The notes below the pieces were generated by a model. It saw only the letters and a list, made by a program, of their open reading frames with translations, was not told the DNA's origin and did no database searches. Positions 1-9,972 of a stretch of DNA of 64,000 nucleotides are shown here, in pieces (positions within the stretch are counted from its first letter, which is position 1; every line of letters begins with the position of its first letter). The DNA is from Candidatus Latescibacterota bacterium (GTDB lineage Bacteria; Latescibacterota; UBA2968; UBA8231), in assembly GCA_965208105.1 (NCBI GenBank), contig OZ242318.1:1888001-1952000 (forward strand). The letters are read 5' to 3'. The translations under genes were made by a program, and so were the position numbers.

Positions 1-3000
1 GCCAGCGCAACTTGGCGACCGACTGAGGCATGAAATCGGGCAGCCAGGCGAAGATGGACAGCATGGGGCTGGGCAGCGGCATCTTGTAGTTGAAATTCAT
101 GGTCTGCGCGTCGGTGCGGTCCAGGGGCCGGATCTGATCCTTCCTGTGCTCGCTCAAGTGCGACAGGCGCAGGTTGACCTGGTCGATGGTCCAGCGCAGC
201 AGCCAGTTTCTGCCGCTGCGCTTGCTTAGGGACAGCTCGTAAAACTGCCGGGCGCTCCGGCCGCGCTGGCGACGTTTTTCTTCACTGGTCAGCTCCACGT
301 CGGCGTTGGGACCGAATCGCGGCAAACTCTCCTTCTCATTGAAAGTCGCCTTGAGCGGTATGGCGAAACCCCAGCGTCCCGGCAGAAAACGGTTGAGGTG
401 GGCGGTAGTCGACAGGGCGGTCGTCAGATCCGTGGCGGTGCGCTCGGTGGAGTTGAGGGTGCGGAAATTCCCTCCCATCCACTGCACCTCACCATCGAGG
501 TTGACGAAATCGGCCATTTTGGTGTTGACCTTGGCAAAGGCGGCCAGACCGGCATCGTTGCGCACGTCCTCGAGGCGCAATTCGTCCACCAGGACCTGGC
601 CGCTGTATGCCTGCATGGGTCCCTTGTTGCGCAAACCGATGGTCAACTGCCTGATCTGCTGCATGGAGGGATTGCCCCGCACCCGATAGGTGGCCGGTAC
701 TCCGTTGCGCCGGTTCGGACGGGCGATCACCGTGTCCAGCACAGAGGGGTGCTGGCCGGAAGAATCTGAGAGAAGGTCCTGCAGCCTGGCCTTGAGCTGG
801 GCAATCTCCAACAGGTCGATGTCCACCTCGTTCTCCTGACCCGGATGCTCACCTTCCCAGCCAGGGAATACCTCGCCGGCGAACTCGTAGTAATTGGTGC
901 TGTCCGCGCCGAAGCGGACGAACAGCTCCAGATCGCTGGAGTCGCCCTGGACGTATTCCGTGTTCACGTCGTCTCCGTGGACAAACATGCGCAACCGGGT
1001 GTACTTGGTGTAGTTGGCGTTGCGCGTCAAAATCTTGGTGGCCGAGGCCTGGTGCCCAGGCTCGAGGTTCTCATAGGCCAGGACCAGTGACTGCTCGGTC
1101 TCCCTCGCGAATCCCTGCGCTTTGCGCCTGATTTTCACCCCTGGAGGCGGTTTGTACTCGGTATTTTCGGCGGTGCCGATCACGGTTACGTTGAAGGCTT
1201 CATCCGCCCCCACCTCGAAGCCTTCCTGCAGGATGGCGATGTCGTCCTCCTGCCACTCGTTGCCGACCACTTCCATCAGCGCAATCTCGACCATGACGGT
1301 CTGCTCCGGCCTTGCTGGACTGCCGCTGACCATGAGGCGGGCGTATTCCACCAGGCTCGAGTCCGGGTTGCCAGCGCGCTCGGTGTCAGCGTAGAGTGGC
1401 AGCCGGAAAAGGCGCCAGCCGTTGCTCTCCGTGCCCGGAACGTGGGGGTCGTTGGCCAGGTCGATGGTGTAGTGGAAATAATCGTTACGAAGGTTGAGAA
1501 CGGTGTCGCCGTTCAGATCTTCGCTGTCAGGTCGGCCGTCGACTCCGGTCTCACGGTCGACCCTGTTGCCTTCCGTGCCGTTGATGCGGCTGTAGTCGTT
1601 CTTGTTGCTATCGGGATTGTAGCTCCAGTTGTCTCCCTCGGGGTCCTCCGGGTCACGTTCGGGATAGATCTGCCGGAAACTCTCTTTTTTGTCCGGCGTG
1701 GACCCGGTGGTATCGGCTCCGGCCAGATTCAGGTAGTAATTCAACTCCGTCTGATCGTTGCGCCCGTCGATGCCGATGTCCTCTTTGGGGGCCAGTATTC
1801 CATCTCCAGCGGGGAGCCCGGGCTTGGACTCGTCCTCGGTGTCGATGACTCCATTGGCGATGAAATCCTCGCTGATCGTGCCCAGATCGATGTGCAAACT
1901 GCCCTGGGATCCGCGCACCCAGAGGTCGAGAAACTTGGAGCGGGAGTAGTCCTTGGCCTCTCCGTTGGCCCCCCCGAGAGATGACATCACTGCTCCCCAG
2001 GAGGTGGGCGCTTCCGGCCGCGGAGTCAGTTCGAGAACAAGGATGTCGGTCTGCTTGTCCTGACTTTCGAGCTGTTCCTCCTGGCCGGGCCAGATTTCCG
2101 TCCTCAGCACCCCCTCAAAGGGATTGTACCAGATCAGCTCGCCGCGGTTTTCCTCGCCATAGGCGGAATTCGCCGGCAAACTTGCGGGGGTCCACTGGGT
2201 GCGCCCGATGCGCAGAGTGCTGGGGTTCTCACTGCCTTCGAAGTCGTCGATGAAACCCTTGCCCCTGGTATTGAGATTGGGCCGGCCCTGGGCCACCTCG
2301 GCGCGCACTTCGAAACTTGATGGAGTCGCGGTTTTGAGCAAAGGTAGGGCATCCACCACGCGGGTGAGAAAAGGCGCACCGAATTTGGCCCTAACGTCCA
2401 TGCTCCAGACCACGGTGCGGGCCGGCTCCTGCCCGACCCGCACCCGGCGCTCGCTGCTGCGCTCGTTGTTGTAGATCATGGTGCCGCCCCAGTATCCGTC
2501 TCCGCCCAGAAATTCGTACTGGGTACGCAGGCCCAGAAGGGTCTTTTGCTGGGAGCCGAAACTCAGCAGGTCCTTGCTTTCGTAGGAAATCTCCAGCTCG
2601 GCGCCGGGGTCGGCCACCTCCTGAGCGGTGCTGCCTACAAAAGTGATGTCGCCTCCGCTACTGATATTGTAGTCCACGTCGAGCTGCTTGCGCTGGCCGT
2701 TGAGCCGCACTACCACAGTTTCGGGTCTGACCCCCAGCCCCAGATTAATGCGCTGCTGGGTCGAACTCGAGCGGACCTCGATGGTGTAACGGCTGGCCTC
2801 GTCCCAGTCGCGCCGCTGATGGCTGGTATAGATCCGGGGAATCTTGTCCTTCAGGAGCTTGCTCCCCGGGTCTTCGGCCTCGGTAGGATTGAAGGGGGTT
2901 CGCGCCGGAAAAATCAGGTGTCCGCGCAACTCGTCCAAGCCAATGTAGCCTTTGTCGATGAGACGGTCCGGCCGACTGCCCGGATCCTGGCCGTGTTCGT

Positions 3001-4624
3001 CCAGGCCCAGGATCTGCAAATAGGAAGAACTTCTTCCTTGGGAAGGCTCAGGCTCCTTCCCGGGAATCTCCTTGAATATCTGCACCTCGATTGTAGCCGT
3101 ATCGAACTTTCTCCCCGGGGAATAGCTCGTGGCGATGCGGTAGACATTCTTCCACTCCAGGTCCCAGGTGGGAAAATCCGGCCGCGCGGCGCGAGCCTTG
3201 ATGAGCTTGAGCTCCAGAGGATCCGTCTGCGCGTTGCCGAACTGACGCCCGTCCTGGGTGCGGTAGATCACCGCCAGGGCGTGGCGACCCGGCACCGCGC
3301 GGTGAAGGACAATAAAGCCGGCGGCGAGGACCACGGAATAGTCGTTGTCCGGATCAAGGCGATGCCAGGTACCGCGTTCGACCCATCCGCTCTCTTCTCT
3401 GAGATCGTTGAAGTCCGCCCAGGCCACGCCCTCCTTGGCGAGAAGCTCGGCATCGTTCTTGGCGTCGAAATCGTTGACGTAGACCTGCAGGCTGTTGGCA
3501 TCGATGACGTCCTCGTTGCGAATCTGCTGCCCCTGCGCCAGACGGCGGTAGTCGGGCAGATTGTCGCGGTAGAACTGGTCGAGGAAAAAATAGGTGTTGC
3601 GCAGGTACTGGTGGTCCTTGAGTGAAAGGGTGTCCTGGGCGGCGCCTCCCTTGAAGGTCTGACGGTTGCTCTTGCTCTTCTCGTGGCTGGCAATTGCGGT
3701 GAAGTCGAGTGGTCCGACCACCCCTTTGGCGCGCACCCCGAAAAGTCCCTTGTGCTGCTGGCTGAAGTCGACAAATCTGGACTGGGGCAGGGACAAGGTG
3801 GTATTTCCGGCCTGGATCTCCTTGAATATGGCGTCTTCCTTGCCCTTGTAGTCGAGCTTGATCTGGTTGGCTATCTGGTCGCCGAAATTGGACCCGAAGG
3901 CAGAGTCCAGATTCTCGGTATCCTGGTCGATACGCACATTGATCAATTCGCCGACCTTGCCTTCGACCGTGAAGCGCTGTTCCTGATCCACCCCGAGGGC
4001 CGGAAATTTGGAGGGCCGCCCGGAAGTCGTCTGCACCTCATTGGAGGTCCATTGGCTCTTGCCTGAGATACCCACCTTGAGCTGGCCTTTCATGCGCAAG
4101 GTGGGACCCTCGTCCCCGATGAAGCGCCGCAGAGGTTTGGGCGTGGTGAAAGGCACGCTCCACTCCAGCCGCCGCGCGCCCCTCTGACGCTTTTCCGCGG
4201 CGGCAGTCCGGAAGCCGCGGCGGATTTTCTGGCGCCAGAGCTGCCGGCTCTCGCGCAGGTATGTGAGGTCCAGATGATGCTCTTTGTGCATACTCACATC
4301 GGGTCCCCGGTGAAATCCGCCGGAAAAACTTTTGTATGTCACCAGCAGAGAATCCACTTCGACCCTGTTTTCGAAGAGATTGGCGGACATCCGCATGCGC
4401 AACAGGGGGTCCCCCGGCTGCAGCATCGAAGGGGCCGAAGCCTGCTCGAAAAAGGAAGCGAGTGGACCTATGATGGGATCAGGATGCAGTCCGGGTTGGG
4501 CCGCGGCGAGAGGCGAGGACTGCATCGGGACGAGAGACCACAGAAGCCAGAAAAGACCGACGAACCTGCAAGGATACCCAACCCTGAGGAAGGTAAATCT
4601 GAAACCAACCATCTCGCCGCGCAT
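1..4624 (-). CDS. sprA: SprA/Sov-family outer-membrane translocon (type IX secretion system), partial; runs off the left edge, >1500 aa
   Basis: Absent from the ORF track because it has no stop in the window. Manual minus-strand translation from ATG 4624 gives a signal-like N-terminus, then DQEQRFTVEGKVGELINVRIDQDTE...NQIKLDYKGKEDAIFKEIQAGNTTLSLP...KGLFGVRAKG, matching the SprA N-terminal motif. The same frame still reads as coding at positions 1-61. Confidence 0.85.
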   Translation of the reverse strand, partial: MRGEMVGFRFTFLRVGYPCRFVGLFWLLWSLVPMQSSPLAAAQPGLHPDPIIGPLASFFEQASAPSMLQPGDPLLRMRMSANLFENRVEVDSLLVTYKSFSGGFHRGPDVSMHKEHHLDLTYLRESRQLWRQKIRRGFRTAAAEKRQRGARRLEWSVPFTTPKPLRRFIGDEGPTLRMKGQLKVGISGKSQWTSNEVQTTSGRPSKFPALGVDQEQRFTVEGKVGELINVRIDQDTENLDSAFGSNFGDQIANQIKLDYKGKEDAIFKEIQAGNTTLSLPQSRFVDFSQQHKGLFGVRAKGVVGPLDFTAIASHEKSKSNRQTFKGGAAQDTLSLKDHQYLRNTYFFLDQFYRDNLPDYRRLAQGQQIRNEDVIDANSLQVYVNDFDAKNDAELLAKEGVAWADFNDLREESGWVERGTWHRLDPDNDYSVVLAAGFIVLHRAVPGRHALAVIYRTQDGRQFGNAQTDPLELKLIKARAARPDFPTWDLEWKNVYRIATSYSPGRKFDTATIEVQIFKEIPGKEPEPSQGRSSSYLQILGLDEHGQDPGSRPDRLIDKGYIGLDELRGHLIFPARTPFNPTEAEDPGSKLLKDKIPRIYTSHQRRDWDEASRYTIEVRSSSTQQRINLGLGVRPETVVVRLNGQRKQLDVDYNISSGGDITFVGSTAQEVADPGAELEISYESKDLLSFGSQQKTLLGLRTQYEFLGGDGYWGGTMIYNNERSSERRVRVGQEPARTVVWSMDVRAKFGAPFLTRVVDALPLLKTATPSSFEVRAEVAQGRPNLNTRGKGFIDDFEGSENPSTLRIGRTQWTPASLPANSAYGEENRGELIWYNPFEGVLRTEIWPGQEEQLESQDKQTDILVLELTPRPEAPTSWGAVMSSLGGANGEAKDYSRSKFLDLWVRGSQGSLHIDLGTISEDFIANGVIDTEDESKPGLPAGDGILAPKEDIGIDGRNDQTELNYYLNLAGADTTGSTPDKKESFRQIYPERDPEDPEGDNWSYNPDSNKNDYSRINGTEGNRVDRETGVDGRPDSEDLNGDTVLNLRNDYFHYTIDLANDPHVPGTESNGWRLFRLPLYADTERAGNPDSSLVEYARLMVSGSPARPEQTVMVEIALMEVVGNEWQEDDIAILQEGFEVGADEAFNVTVIGTAENTEYKPPPGVKIRRKAQGFARETEQSLVLAYENLEPGHQASATKILTRNANYTKYTRLRMFVHGDDVNTEYVQGDSSDLELFVRFGADSTNYYEFAGEVFPGWEGEHPGQENEVDIDLLEIAQLKARLQDLLSDSSGQHPSVLDTVIARPNRRNGVPATYRVRGNPSMQQIRQLTIGLRNKGPMQAYSGQVLVDELRLEDVRNDAGLAAFAKVNTKMADFVNLDGEVQWMGGNFRTLNSTERTATDLTTALSTTAHLNRFLPGRWGFAIPLKATFNEKESLPRFGPNADVELTSEEKRRQRGRSARQFYELSLSKRSGRNWLLRWTIDQVNLRLSHLSEHRKDQIRPLDRTDAQTMNFNYKMPLPSPMLSIFAWLPDFMPQSVAKLRW

Positions 4625-4978
4625 AGAGAAAATGATTCCGTACCTCGAGTTGAAGGTGCGGACAAAAAGCAAAAACAAACCTGCTAGCTATGCGCGATAA
4701 GCTGTCTCCTGGAACCGGGTAGTTAAGGGGAAGATCGCCGGGGGGATTTCCTGGTCTTTTGTAAAACTCTCAAAAACATAGCACAAGACCCCGATTAATT
4801 CAAGAAAAATGCCTGCAAAATCCGTTCCCACCGCACATCGGCGGGGAGATTCTTCTCAAAATCACGCAAGTGTGTATATTCAGGAGGAGTTCGCTTCTGG
4901 TCCACTCCATCGGGCGGCGAACGTCCAGGCCACCGCGGCGCAACAGTTCCGTATCTTCCCCTTCACACTTCTTCCAGC

Positions 4979-6295
4979 TTGACCACCTTATCGCGCTATC
5001 TGATCAAAGAGCACCTGGGCCCGTTCGCCCTCGCACTGCTGCTGATCGTCTTCGTTCTGGTCATCGACCTCGTCCTGCAGACCATGGACCAGGTGCTGAG
5101 CAAGGGTCTTTCCCTGGGGCTGGCCGCCCGGCTCTTCCTCTACAACCTGGCCTGGATCATCGCCCTCGCCGTCCCCATGGCCGTGCTGGTGTCCGTTCTG
5201 ATGGCCTTTGCGCGCCTAGCCGCAGACAACGAAATCATGGCTGCCAGGGCCTGCGGGGTCGGTTTCCCGCTCCTGCTGCGTCCCGTCCTTGCGGCCGCGG
5301 CCGTCCTGACCGTGCTGATGGTCCTCTTCAACGACCTGGTCCTGCCGGACTGGAATTACCGGGCGCGCAATATCGCCTCCAACCTGAAACGTCTCAAGGC
5401 CGCCGTCGTACTGAAGGAAAAAGAGGGGGTATTCCTCCATAAATTGGGCAACAGGTACAGCCTGCTGATCCGCCAGGTGGACGAAAGGAACAATACCCTG
5501 AAAGGCATAGTTCTCTACGACAGGAATCGCCCCGGGCCGCCCACCACCCTGCACGCGGACGCCGGGCGGATTGAGATTTTCGGCGACGGCAGCTACATCC
5601 GGCTGACCCTCTACGACGGCGAATTCCACCGCGTCGAAGGGGGCGATCACACGCGCTTCGTCCGCGGGGTCTTCGGGCGTCAGGTGGTCCACATTCAGGA
5701 CCATCAAAGGGCCTTCAGTGAGCGCAGCTCGACTTACCGGGGCCAACGGGAAATGAACGTCCGCGCCATGTTTCACGCCGTGCAGAAGCACCGCAGGGAA
5801 CGCGCGCAGGCCCAGGCGTCCATGGACTCCGCCCTGCAATCCTTCATCGCGGACTTGAGTGCGGGCCAGGAGGCCGGCGCCGAACCGGGGACCCCTGATC
5901 CTTCCGCCGCCGGGCGCGCCGAGGCGCTGGAAAAGAACTTCCGCCAGCAGTGGCGGCTGGACGCCCATCGCACGGGGCAAATCGCCGAATTCATGGTGGA
6001 GATCCACAAGAAGTTCTCCATTCCCTTTGCCTGCATTGTATTCGTCATGGTCGGCGCTCCCCTGGGCGTTCTGATCCGACAGCGCGGTGCGGCTGTTTCC
6101 GTGGGGGTCAGTCTGGTCTTCTTCCTGGTGTACTGGATGTTCCTCATCGGGGGCGAGGAGCTGGCCGACCGCGGCTTCATTCCACCCTCCCTGGCCATGT
6201 GGACGCCCAACCTGTTTTTCGGCCTTCTGGGTGCCTATCTGATTCGAGCCGCCGCAACCGGCCGCCACCTGGGAAACCGGCATCCGAGGAGGTGA
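4979..6295 (+). CDS. lptF: LPS export ABC transporter permease LptF (YjgP/YjgQ family)
   Basis: LSRYLIKE start, 3+3 TM layout, FARLAADNEIMAARACGV and EIHKKFSIPFACIVF motifs; TTG start. Confidence 0.9.
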   Translation: MTTLSRYLIKEHLGPFALALLLIVFVLVIDLVLQTMDQVLSKGLSLGLAARLFLYNLAWIIALAVPMAVLVSVLMAFARLAADNEIMAARACGVGFPLLLRPVLAAAAVLTVLMVLFNDLVLPDWNYRARNIASNLKRLKAAVVLKEKEGVFLHKLGNRYSLLIRQVDERNNTLKGIVLYDRNRPGPPTTLHADAGRIEIFGDGSYIRLTLYDGEFHRVEGGDHTRFVRGVFGRQVVHIQDHQRAFSERSSTYRGQREMNVRAMFHAVQKHRRERAQAQASMDSALQSFIADLSAGQEAGAEPGTPDPSAAGRAEALEKNFRQQWRLDAHRTGQIAEFMVEIHKKFSIPFACIVFVMVGAPLGVLIRQRGAAVSVGVSLVFFLVYWMFLIGGEELADRGFIPPSLAMWTPNLFFGLLGAYLIRAAATGRHLGNRHPRR

Positions 6296-7374
6296 TGGCA
6301 CCGGTGAGACTTCTGGACGCATATCTGCTGCGGCGCTATATCCATTCACTTTCACTCAGTATTCTGGGCCTGCTTCTCATCGCCGCGGTGGTGGACCTGA
6401 CCGAGAACATCGACACCTTCATCGACCACGATGCCCGGCCCGGCCAGGTCCTCTATTACTACCTGTACCACACCCCGTACTGGATCATCCTGACCCTTCC
6501 CGTCGCCACCCTCCTGGGTACCCTCTTCGCCCTTTCCGCCATGGCCCGGCGCAACGAGATCACGGCAATGAAGTCCGCGGGCATCAGCCTCTACAGGCTG
6601 CTCCTTCCCATCTTCGGCTGCGCCCTGGTCTTCGGCGCTCTTGCCTTTCTCTTCACCGACCGCATCGTCCCCGCCGCCACCTACCGCTGCAACACCGTGC
6701 GCGACGAAATCCGCTCCCAGAGCCGCAACGACGGTTCGCGGCGGCAGGTGCTGTTGCAGGACGTGGACGGCCAGTTGATCTTTGCGGGGTCGTACGACGC
6801 GGGCACCAGGCAGGGCAGGGACATCCTGTGGGAACGGCACCGCGATTCCCGCGTCTTCGAGCGCCGCAGCGCACGGCGTCTGGAGTGGCACCCCGAGGGC
6901 TGGCTGCTCCTGAATGGCCACACCTACCGCTTCGCCGATTCAGGGATGCAGGTCAGCTCATTCGACACCCTGGAGTTGAAGCACCTGACCCTGGGACCCG
7001 AGGATTTCGCGCGGCAGCAGAAAAAGCCCGAGGAGATGAATTACCGCGAGCTGCAATCCTACATCCGGCGCGCGCGGGCCAACGGCGAGGACACGACCCG
7101 CCACCTGGTCGATCTCCACCTCAAGATTTCCTTTCCCGTCACCTGCTTCGTCATCGTCCTCCTCGGCGCTCCTCTCGGCGCCAACGCCCGCCGCACCGGA
7201 CTGGCCAACAGCTTCGGCATCGGCATACTGATCTGCTTCGTCTTCTACAGCTGCGTCAAGATGGGACAGGCCCTGGGCTGGAACCAGGTCCTGTCTCCGC
7301 TGCTGGGAGCCTGGCTGGCCAATATCATCTTCGCAGTGCTGAGCCTGATTCTTCTGTGGCGGGCGCACAAATAG
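6295..7374 (+). CDS. lptG: LPS export ABC transporter permease LptG
   Basis: ATG overlaps the lptF stop (TGATG) after GAGGAGG; LLDAYLLR, MARRNEITAMKSAGIS and LHLKISFP motifs. Confidence 0.9.
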   Translation: MAPVRLLDAYLLRRYIHSLSLSILGLLLIAAVVDLTENIDTFIDHDARPGQVLYYYLYHTPYWIILTLPVATLLGTLFALSAMARRNEITAMKSAGISLYRLLLPIFGCALVFGALAFLFTDRIVPAATYRCNTVRDEIRSQSRNDGSRRQVLLQDVDGQLIFAGSYDAGTRQGRDILWERHRDSRVFERRSARRLEWHPEGWLLLNGHTYRFADSGMQVSSFDTLELKHLTLGPEDFARQQKKPEEMNYRELQSYIRRARANGEDTTRHLVDLHLKISFPVTCFVIVLLGAPLGANARRTGLANSFGIGILICFVFYSCVKMGQALGWNQVLSPLLGAWLANIIFAVLSLILLWRAHK

Positions 7375-7445
7375 GGGAATCCTGCCAGTGCGCCGGAAGG
7401 GAAGGGTTATCTGACGGAATGAATCGAGAGGAACAGGCGGGGCCC

Positions 7446-8525
7446 TCAGGCCAGTCCCTGCTGCAGGTGGTAAATCTTCAGGTTCAGCGTCGCCGAGCGG
7501 CTCTTCCACCGCTCCAGCAGCGCCGCAGCCCTGGCTTTCGCCTCTCCCTCCAACCTGGAGTCGAGTTCGACCAGTAACTGCGCCATGCGCGCGACCTTTA
7601 CCTCCGATGCCTGCTCGGTCAGGCGTTCCAGGTCCTCCAGCAGCTCGGAGCCGGCGGGCGCGTCGGTGGACTGCAGCGCAGCCCGCATGAAGTGGACATG
7701 GCGCCACGCAAAGGCCTCGTCCTCACCGCTGCGCTTGAACAGATACTGCAGCAACTCGACGCTGGGAGACCGTTGCAGGACTTCCAGGGCAATGCAGCCG
7801 AGCAGGCGCCACGCCCGCGACCTCGCCGCCTGCCTCGCGTCCTGATGGGGATCCCAGTCCGGCGCCCCCCGCTTGTCCAGAAGGACCTCGAATAGCGCCA
7901 CCTGGGGAAGGCGGGCGCACAAAGCAGCCAAGCGGCCGTATTCCGCGCCTTCTCTCTCGAGGAGGTCTTCAATGAGCCCTCGCACCAGGGGCGGATGGAT
8001 GCCGCCGAGTTTATCGAGGAGGATGCGCTCGACCGGTGCCCGGCGGCTCTCCAACAAGGCTTGCAGCAGGGACCCCAGGGTATCGCGATTGACGGGCAGA
8101 CCGAGCGCAGCCTCGCGAGCCACGTGGTCGTCTTCGTGCAACAGAAACTCCTGAATTTCGTTCCTCTGGCGCAGGCACCAGGCCAGGCCGACCCCAACCC
8201 GGGGGTCCCGCTCCCGGCGCAGAAGGGACAGCAACCTGTTCAGGCTGGACTGAGAGGAGAGCCAGCGGCGGTGGTAGCCCAGCATGCGCGCCGCCACCAG
8301 CCGCCGGGGGTCCCCTTCCATCTCGAGGATACCCCAAAGCACATCCATCCCCGTCGGGGCGGGCACGACCTGACGCAACTGCTCCACCGCCCGGATGCGC
8401 TCCCGGGACGTTGCCCCGCAGGCGGCCTGCACCAGGAGCTCTTCCAGACCGACTCCTTTATCCTGGTGGGCCATTTCGAATTTGCCGCGGTTCTGGCGGA
8501 ACTGGTCGCGAATATCGAGAACCAT
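7446..8525 (-). CDS. Hypothetical alpha-helical (HEAT/ARM-like) protein
   Basis: Leu/Arg/Glu-rich helical repeats such as DPRRLVAARMLG and DDHVAREAALGL; AGGAG upstream; directly downstream of the PAS gene. Confidence 0.6.
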   Translation of the reverse strand: MVLDIRDQFRQNRGKFEMAHQDKGVGLEELLVQAACGATSRERIRAVEQLRQVVPAPTGMDVLWGILEMEGDPRRLVAARMLGYHRRWLSSQSSLNRLLSLLRRERDPRVGVGLAWCLRQRNEIQEFLLHEDDHVAREAALGLPVNRDTLGSLLQALLESRRAPVERILLDKLGGIHPPLVRGLIEDLLEREGAEYGRLAALCARLPQVALFEVLLDKRGAPDWDPHQDARQAARSRAWRLLGCIALEVLQRSPSVELLQYLFKRSGEDEAFAWRHVHFMRAALQSTDAPAGSELLEDLERLTEQASEVKVARMAQLLVELDSRLEGEAKARAAALLERWKSRSATLNLKIYHLQQGLA

Positions 8526-8542
8526 AACTTGCTCGCTCCTCC

Positions 8543-9382
8543 CTATTCGGAGTTTTCTGGTTCGGGCCTGGCGAGAAGGAGGAAGTCCTCCAGAAACTTG
8601 TTCACCTGTTCGAGAGCCGCGCGCGCCTGGCCGAGGCCCTGCGGGTCGGAACTGTCGAGGAATCGCCGCACCTGAAGCAGCGGTTCCACTATCTCCTGGC
8701 GCATTTTGAAAAACAGCTCTTCCTGCACCTCGGCCTGCGCCTTGGCGAGCTCTTTCTCCACCGAGGCATCCCGCAAGACAATCAGGATGCCCGGTTCCGG
8801 GGCCAGGCGGCAGAGATGCATCTCCACCTCGAGGGCGAGGGGCTCTTTGAGGGAAAAGGACACCGGACGGTCTCCTTCGAGAACCAGGGAGGGACTGTAA
8901 CCGGTGATGCGGGCGAAGGTGTCGGCATCCAGATCCTCGGCAGATCTACCCAGCCACGCCGCAGCCCGCTGGTTGGCCAGTTCCGGTGTTCCGTCGGCGC
9001 GCAGAAGGATCACGCCCACGGGCATACTCTCCAACAGGCCTTCCAGCATCGACCCCCCCTCTCCGGGGGATCCCGGGTCCTGCTTCGGCGAGCCCGGATC
9101 CTGCACCCCGGCGGTGGTCGCTTCCCCGGAACTCTTCTCGATGTCCAGCATATATCCGCGCTTGCCGGCGTCTTTGAGAAACGGTCCAAGACAAAGCTCG
9201 CCGAGCACTTCTTCCAGCTCGGTTCTGGGCAAGCCCAGGCGCAGGGCAAGCCCCTGGAGGTCGTCGTCCAGGAAGGGATTTCCCAGAAACTCGCTCAGAA
9301 CTCTTTGTTTCACAGCGGCCCCTGGACCGTTCAAAGCCGGCAAGTCGGAGAACTGCGCCACCCTGTAGGCAGGGAAGGACAT
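8543..9382 (-). CDS. Winged-helix-like + PAS + degenerate HisKA-like protein (no HATPase domain)
   Basis: LLESMPVGVILLRADGTPELANQRAAAWLG is a PAS signature; C-terminal RQEIVEPL...VNKFLEDFLLLAR resembles a HisKA helix pair; start 9382 or 9403. Confidence 0.65.
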   Translation of the reverse strand: MSFPAYRVAQFSDLPALNGPGAAVKQRVLSEFLGNPFLDDDLQGLALRLGLPRTELEEVLGELCLGPFLKDAGKRGYMLDIEKSSGEATTAGVQDPGSPKQDPGSPGEGGSMLEGLLESMPVGVILLRADGTPELANQRAAAWLGRSAEDLDADTFARITGYSPSLVLEGDRPVSFSLKEPLALEVEMHLCRLAPEPGILIVLRDASVEKELAKAQAEVQEELFFKMRQEIVEPLLQVRRFLDSSDPQGLGQARAALEQVNKFLEDFLLLARPEPENSE

Positions 9383-9531
9383 GGCAAAAACCCACCTGAA
9401 CATCAGACTTGGGGAAAGTCCGGAAAAAGGAAGAAGGCAGACAGGGGAGGGAAAAGAAAGAAAATATATGTTTTATATACTCTTACAGAATATAATCAGT
9501 GGCCGACCGCGGCGCAAGCAATATGAAGCTC

Positions 9532-9972
9532 TCAAGGTTTTGCGGCTTCAGTTTCCGCACTCGTCACCTGGATCAGGACGCTGAAAGGATCGTTGGCAAC
9601 CTCCAGACTGAGGCGAACGATCACCTCGCCGTCGATGGTCACTTCGGCCTTCCGCCGCACTCTGTAACCCTTCTCTGGGGGCAGCAGGAGGACCAGGTCG
9701 AGCTCGAGCTCGAGACCGCCGGGCAGGATCTCCCGGGATACGTCCTGGATCGAGCCCGATCCGACCCGGGTGCGCACGATGCGGGGGGCATCAGCCCTGA
9801 CCTCGTTCAAATAGGTCACCTCCACCGGGTAGAGGGTCCGGTTGTCCATCATGACGCGTCCGTCCCTGAGCACTTCCGGCGGGGGCGGATCGGGCCCGGG
9901 CCCGCCTCCCGTCCCTTTGTCCGAGCCGCCGCAGGCCAGCAGCCACGTCAACAGCAACAGCGAGCGGCGCAT
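9532..9972 (-). CDS. Hypothetical lipoprotein
   Basis: MRRSLLLLTWLLAC lipobox, Pro/Gly linker and beta-rich domain; start overlaps the selA stop. Confidence 0.7.
   Translation of the reverse strand: MRRSLLLLTWLLACGGSDKGTGGGPGPDPPPPEVLRDGRVMMDNRTLYPVEVTYLNEVRADAPRIVRTRVGSGSIQDVSREILPGGLELELDLVLLLPPEKGYRVRRKAEVTIDGEVIVRLSLEVANDPFSVLIQVTSAETEAAKP

Noticed and set aside
306-4700. Many plus-strand ORFs in the track (e.g. 2546-3625)
   Set aside because: Antisense shadows of the minus-strand sprA frame, as expected in high-GC DNA; no motifs
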